Source: a bacterium (lineage in GTDB: Bacteria > UBA8248). From it: DNA of 64,000 bases. A program made the position numbers and the translations under genes. The number at the start of each line of letters is the position of its first letter. The stretch's first letter is position 1. Below are positions 60,001 through 64,000 of the stretch, in pieces. Under the pieces are notes generated by a model. That model was not told the DNA's origin, did not search any database, and saw nothing but the letters and a program-made list of their open reading frames with translations. The stretch spans positions 2,464,001 to 2,528,000 of the forward strand of contig OZ241875.1 in assembly GCA_965203325.1 (NCBI GenBank), in the 5' to 3' direction.

Positions 60001-63000
60001 TCGAGTTCCTACAGCCCTGTCCCATCCCCAAGGAACCGGTCCGCCTGCAAACGGCCCTGTATCCGGTAGCCAATGACCCGGATGCATTCACGTTCACGAT
60101 CACCTCGCGGTCATACGACCCCGAGGCTAGGAGCGAGGTCCATTGCCGCGGCAAGGTGCGTCTGGTGAATGACGACCACATGGTGGACGTGCCAAGTCGG
60201 CTGGCTGATATCGATACGACCTGCTTTGAGTCCTCTATTCTCGCCGACGACCGTGATTTTTACGAGCGCCTGGAAGCAGTCCTTAGCGGGACTTTCGAAT
60301 ACGGACCCTATTTCAGGACTATCAGGCGCGTTCTGGTAGACAAGATATCCCGGGCTTCTCTCTTTGACGTAGAGATGGATGAGGGATTATGGGCGACGGG
60401 CAAAGAGGAGGGCTATGTCTCGTGTCCCCCCTTGTTCGACGGGGGATTGCAGATATTTCTCTACCATTTGCTGAACGCCGCCGACCTTTTCGCCATTCCG
60501 CAGCGAGCCGAATACGTTACTTTCCTTCGTCCGCCCACCGGACCGCGGATCACCTGCCATGTGACGAAGCCTGCTGAAAATAGGAGCGATGTGGACGAAA
60601 AGGGTCAGTATTCCATTGGTCGCGGCGAAACAGCAGGGGGCAGCATCAGTTTCTACGATGGCGCCACGGGTGATCTCCTCGCCCACATCGGCGAATACAC
60701 TTATTTCACGTCCAATCCGAGTTGGAACGACTTGCCCGAGAGCAAACACAGGATTTCCTGGCAGCCGAAATTCGTCCCCGAGGGGAAACCACTTGCGGAT
60801 CGATTGCCCGACGGAGAGATCGAACCCGCCGCCTTGATTGCCGCTCTCGAGCAGCCGCAAGGGCGGGAGCGCTACGCCTGCCACGTCGTAGAGTTCGCAG
60901 GGAGTCGAGAGCCCGAGCAGACCGTCCTCGAACAGTGTGCCGACCACCTCTCGAACGGCGGCGCACAGACCGAATTCTGGCTGCTCGGCGATACGGAAGA
61001 GAGCACTCGCTCCTGCTACGACGCTTTCGGTCAACGCGATGCCGCGCTGCGTTTCGAGTGCCTCGATCCGGCCGCTCAGCCGGAACTGGATTCAGGCCTG
61101 CTGCGCCCGGGCGTCGCGGAAATCCTTTTCCTGCACGCAGATGGCGAGGCGCCTGGAGCGGAGCAATGGGGACTCGCGAGGCAGCTGGCTGTGGCCGGAG
61201 GCTTGGCGCTGGTCTCTCACGGCGAAGGCGGTGTCATCGAACCGGGCGACGGTTGGACCATGGTCCGAGCCGGTCGACGGACAACCCTGCTGCAGGCGCC
61301 TCAGTCCCTGCCGGAAATCGCCGAAACTGCCGAGCTGCCGGGGCCGCGATGGGTGCTGGGCGAACAGGGTAGTTGGGCGGCTGACTGGGCGGGCATGCTC
61401 AATGCGCCGGACGTGCATACAATTCCCGATGAAGCTCTCGCCATCGACGTCATCCACTTGCTCGAAACGTGGCCGCAGGCGGCCGAGGTCCGGGCAATCG
61501 ATTTCTTCTGCGGCGCGGATCCCGAGGATCCGACGGGAGAAAAGGCCGTATCTCGTTTTGTCGCCCTTGTCCAGGCGCTGGTCTATTGCAGGATGGAGAA
61601 CGCGAATCACCCGTGCCGGCTGACCGTGGTGACGCACGGCGCCGCCCTCGATGTCGAGAACCCGAGCGCGTGTGCTCTGTGGGGAGCGGTTCGGAGCATG
61701 GCCGTGGAAATCAACGAGGAAGCCCGGATTGATTTCCGTCTGGTGGACCTTGGCGATTCGGATGACTTGAAGACTTTGGCATGGCTTGCCCGGTGCGATT
61801 TGCGTGAGCGCGAACTTGCGGTGCGGGAGAACCGCTTGTGGGCGCCGCGGATGGTCAGCATTCCGGAGCGGTATTCCCGGGCGCCTGCCGGTGAGAAGCC
61901 CGCCTACCGCCTCGCTCTCGAAAATCCGGGGCAGATCGCCGGCCTCGAGATGAAGACCTGCGAACTCCCTCCGTTGGGGCCGGATGACGTGGAGATCGAG
62001 GTGACGGCGGCGGCCCTCAATTTTCGCGACGTCATGGTCACGCTGGGCCTGTTGCCCGCGTTGGCCTATGAACGCTCCGCCCTCGGGCGTGAAGTCGGCA
62101 TGGAAGGAAGCGGGACCGTCCGCCGCGTCGGGTCGGGGGTGCGGGGTTTCCGCGCCGGTGACGAGGTAGCGTTCATACAGGGCGGCTGCATCGCGAATCG
62201 CGTCGTGGTCAACCGGCACCTCGTCTTCGCCAAGCCTGGCCGCCTGAGCATGGAAGAAGCCGCGTCAGTCCTGTCGGTCTACGTCACCGCTTACTATTCG
62301 CTGATTCACCTGGCCCGTCTGCGCAAGGGCCAGCGCGTCCTCATCCACTCAGGGATGGGCGGCGTCGGACAGGCCGCCATCGCACTGGCCAGGCATGTGG
62401 GCGCGGAGATTTACGCCACGGCAGGCAGCGAAAGCAAGCGGGAGCAATTGCTGTCGCTGGGTGTGCGAGCGGCCTTCGATTCGCACAGCCACGTCTGGTA
62501 CGACGACCTGATGGAGGCGACCGAGGGCGAGGGAGTGGACGTCGTGCTGAACTCCCTGGCCGGCCGCCACGTCGAACTTTGCCTGAAGGCCCTGCGTCCG
62601 AGCGGCTGGCACTGCGAGATCGGCAAAGTCGACATCTATGCCGACAACGACCTCGGCCTGCGCGTCTTCCGCAAGAACCTGCGCTTCGCTGCCATCGACG
62701 TGGACCGCCTGATGATTGACGACCCGCTCCTCTCGCATGAACTCTCTCAGGCTTGCCTGGACTTGCTCGATGAGGGCGCGTTGCCGCCGCTTCCGGTTAC
62801 CGTCTTTCCGTTCAAGGACTACGCCAAGGCCCTTCGCCTGATGACCACAGGCCGGCATCAGGGGAAACTCGTGCTGAAAGCCCCGGAGGCTTCCGGCGAA
62901 CCCGGATTTCCGATTGCCGACGTGCGTCCGCTGTTCGATCCCGATGCGACTTATCTGGTCACGGGCGGCCTCGGCGGGTTCGGGCTGCGGCTGTTGCCCT

Positions 63001-64000
63001 ATCTGGTGGCGTCGGGGGCGCGCCATATCACCCTGATGGACCGCGACCCCGAGCGCCTCCGGGACGCCGACTGGATCCGTCAGTCGAGCGCTCTCGTCTT
63101 CATGGATGAGGATGCCGAATTCGACATCGTATCGGGTGACGTGGCGGTGGAAGAAGACGTCCGGCGCTGCATATCTCAGTTAAAGAGGCCACTCAAGGGC
63201 GTATTCCACCTCGCCGCCGCGCTGGACGACCGTCTGCTGGCCGACATCACCAACAAATCCATAGGAAAGGTTTTCGCGCCCAAGGCGGAAGGCGCCCTGC
63301 ATCTCCACCGCGCCACGGCCGGCTATCCTCTCGATTGCTTCGTTCTTTTTTCCTCTACGGCCTCGGCACTGGGCAACCCCGGCCAGATCAACTATAGCGC
63401 GGCCAACGCATTCCTGGACGGGCTGGCCGCAAATCGCCTGCGGAAGGGTCTGCCATGTCTCTCCTACAACATGGCCGCCGTCGCCGACGCCGGCATGGCC
63501 GCACGCAGTCTTCCCGTTTTGCGGATCATGAGGGCCACCGGCATGCCGCCGGTGAGCAGCGACTTCGCCATCACCAACCTGGATTACGCCCTGCGCTCTA
63601 TGAGGGGGGAGCACCACCTGATCACGGCCATGTTCAAGCGCCTGGTGTGGACGGTCGACTACCCGGATTACATGCGCATCGGGCGTTTGATGAACAATCA
63701 GGATGCCTTCGAGGCCGGCGTGGACAGCGAGTTGAAGTTCGAGAGCGTCGTGGCGCAGATTGCGGCCAAGGTCGCCGAGCTCTGCGGCCACGAGGAGGGC
63801 GGCGTGGAAGAACCGCTGGCCAGTTTCGGGCTCACGTCCATCTCGGTCGCCGAGCTGGGCACGTTCATCCAGACGCAGTTCAACTACCGGGTGAGCGCGC
63901 TCGAACTGATGACCACGGCGTCGGCCATGTCGCTGGCGCAGGGCATCATCCAAGGCAAAAATGATGTGGAAGAGGAGCAAGCCGAAACGGATACGGTCGA
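57087..64000 (+). CDS. Mono-modular type I PKS/FAS, KS-AT-DH-pseudoMT-ER-KR-ACP (SwfA-like), 3' truncated by window
   Basis: ATG 57087 after GAGGAGG; frame still open at the window end, hence absent from the ORF track. KS CTACSAS (Cys 57618), EAHATGT (58050), KSNVGHMEAA; AT GQGTQW, GHSSG (Ser 58974), IAFHS; DH DHRVHHAAILP (His 59907); ER IHSGMGGVG; KR VTGGLGGFG and YSAAN; ACP FGLTSI (Ser 63837). Confidence 0.93.
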   Translation, partial: MGSAEPDYPVAIVGYSYRMPGGIHTDDDFWRLLSEREIVQEPVADRYGRGYQPIGGFSGLGRFASPYEGLIREDGEKLIDRGLFGLSQDEVVSMDAQVKMLLSCSWETFERVGWDMHSLRNSPTGVFIGGQTPATANWRPMQGAGPFDVMNTSLAMLANRISYHFNLMGPSATYCTACSASLTALHAAVAALRSGDCEQALTGSVNYLVGSRLSAAFNVLGVISPDGKCHSFDAEANGYMRSEGAFVFALKPLEAAERDGDPIHAVVEATAVNSAGAADGSSGLAQGRYITAPTRHAQIELMRTARERAGRSPQDFDYVEAHATGTVVGDRIEGNAISEAFGGVEREVPLRISSVKSNVGHMEAAAFHCALLKVILMMQRRTFAPNSKNFLVPNPEIDFESCPIQVQTICESFPERPAVVGVNSFGFGGANGHCVVREYAPEKPRSWSSALAPKAGFMIPLSARTSGALTRSARQLREALDEQEMDLYTLAGNLSRRRTHFATRTAFAARDQRELVEALDAFIEDPAPVATVDDRERRVALVFSGQGTQWAGCGRALYDADPVFRRTVDAIDEHWREHSDFSLREACFSVSQEEINEVQLAQPVIFMIQCALVELLKTWGVYADCVVGHSSGEVAAAYACGALSLAESTRLVFHRATLQQRVAGSGRMLAVGLDRAGVEEMLEALRVPFRPEEGPTQVEVACENAPANTVICGKEASLRPIMEELERRRLQNQLLPGNIAFHSSAMDPLEDDALAALSFLNDCVFEAEAPFVSSVSGVKTERLEGAYWWSNIRKPVQFAAAMETIKQDYRPDVVLEIAPHSALQPIIAQCLEDAPAMACIPTLMRNTDVCLGFQQTLGALFRAGVPLDFAAQYPRPEPVAHVLPGYPREEQAVVDIMRDDEFYVRQGEYSHGPLVGHRVPSEHMLFEARLSEADFPWLADHRVHHAAILPGAGYIELILEALGGVPVYFDVIEFLQPCPIPKEPVRLQTALYPVANDPDAFTFTITSRSYDPEARSEVHCRGKVRLVNDDHMVDVPSRLADIDTTCFESSILADDRDFYERLEAVLSGTFEYGPYFRTIRRVLVDKISRASLFDVEMDEGLWATGKEEGYVSCPPLFDGGLQIFLYHLLNAADLFAIPQRAEYVTFLRPPTGPRITCHVTKPAENRSDVDEKGQYSIGRGETAGGSISFYDGATGDLLAHIGEYTYFTSNPSWNDLPESKHRISWQPKFVPEGKPLADRLPDGEIEPAALIAALEQPQGRERYACHVVEFAGSREPEQTVLEQCADHLSNGGAQTEFWLLGDTEESTRSCYDAFGQRDAALRFECLDPAAQPELDSGLLRPGVAEILFLHADGEAPGAEQWGLARQLAVAGGLALVSHGEGGVIEPGDGWTMVRAGRRTTLLQAPQSLPEIAETAELPGPRWVLGEQGSWAADWAGMLNAPDVHTIPDEALAIDVIHLLETWPQAAEVRAIDFFCGADPEDPTGEKAVSRFVALVQALVYCRMENANHPCRLTVVTHGAALDVENPSACALWGAVRSMAVEINEEARIDFRLVDLGDSDDLKTLAWLARCDLRERELAVRENRLWAPRMVSIPERYSRAPAGEKPAYRLALENPGQIAGLEMKTCELPPLGPDDVEIEVTAAALNFRDVMVTLGLLPALAYERSALGREVGMEGSGTVRRVGSGVRGFRAGDEVAFIQGGCIANRVVVNRHLVFAKPGRLSMEEAASVLSVYVTAYYSLIHLARLRKGQRVLIHSGMGGVGQAAIALARHVGAEIYATAGSESKREQLLSLGVRAAFDSHSHVWYDDLMEATEGEGVDVVLNSLAGRHVELCLKALRPSGWHCEIGKVDIYADNDLGLRVFRKNLRFAAIDVDRLMIDDPLLSHELSQACLDLLDEGALPPLPVTVFPFKDYAKALRLMTTGRHQGKLVLKAPEASGEPGFPIADVRPLFDPDATYLVTGGLGGFGLRLLPYLVASGARHITLMDRDPERLRDADWIRQSSALVFMDEDAEFDIVSGDVAVEEDVRRCISQLKRPLKGVFHLAAALDDRLLADITNKSIGKVFAPKAEGALHLHRATAGYPLDCFVLFSSTASALGNPGQINYSAANAFLDGLAANRLRKGLPCLSYNMAAVADAGMAARSLPVLRIMRATGMPPVSSDFAITNLDYALRSMRGEHHLITAMFKRLVWTVDYPDYMRIGRLMNNQDAFEAGVDSELKFESVVAQIAAKVAELCGHEEGGVEEPLASFGLTSISVAELGTFIQTQFNYRVSALELMTTASAMSLAQGIIQGKNDVEEEQAETDTV

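Noticed and set aside
56982..63980. Long minus-strand ORFs over the PKS (e.g. 58431-59921, 61092-62219) and similar antisense or alternate-frame ORFs elsewhere
   Set aside because: Shadow ORFs expected from high-GC codon bias; no recognisable motifs, while the plus frame carries all PKS motifs.
1..64000. tRNA/rRNA genes, integrases, intact transposases, prophage genes
   Set aside because: None recognised by eye; a tRNAscan-SE/Infernal run would be needed to exclude small RNAs formally.

Overview
A 64 kb bacterial chromosomal window, mostly high GC (about 60-68% by eye in sampled lines). It is dominated by accessory catabolism and transport: 2-oxoacid dehydrogenase E1 subunits, FAH, HMG-CoA lyase, CoA transferases, crotonases, an acyl-CoA ligase, two ABC systems, hydrolases, VOC and cupin proteins. 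The intergenic spaces carry several REP/MITE-like palindrome families. A lower-GC (about 50%), repeat-free block at about 36-48.3 kb carries an APC-USP transporter, scoAB, an ECF sigma factor, a Mo-hydroxylase large subunit, aroE, and a GAF-GAF-degenerate GGDEF gene coupled to an orphan mreB. The ORF track misses or splits two key genes. (1) A stand-alone GrdB/PrdB-family selenoprotein (34416-35216) has an in-frame TGA in a UxxC motif and an fdhF-like SECIS hairpin, and lies between doxX and a cysteine dioxygenase. (2) A >2300 aa mono-modular type I PKS/FAS (57087 to window end; KS-AT-DH-pseudoMT-ER-KR-ACP) has non-canonical motifs and resembles the sponge-symbiont SwfA type. It is preceded by a STAS gene, a MATE exporter and a cysD-cysC operon in which cysD is internally deleted but APS kinase is intact. 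Other notable items: an amidohydrolase-fold oxygenase plus Rieske pair, a helicase-nuclease-Zn-ribbon fusion, an orphan DUF6527, and an exact 25 bp direct repeat bracketing the low-GC block. All family calls come from motif recognition by eye; no database search was run. A sponge-symbiont origin is only an inference.
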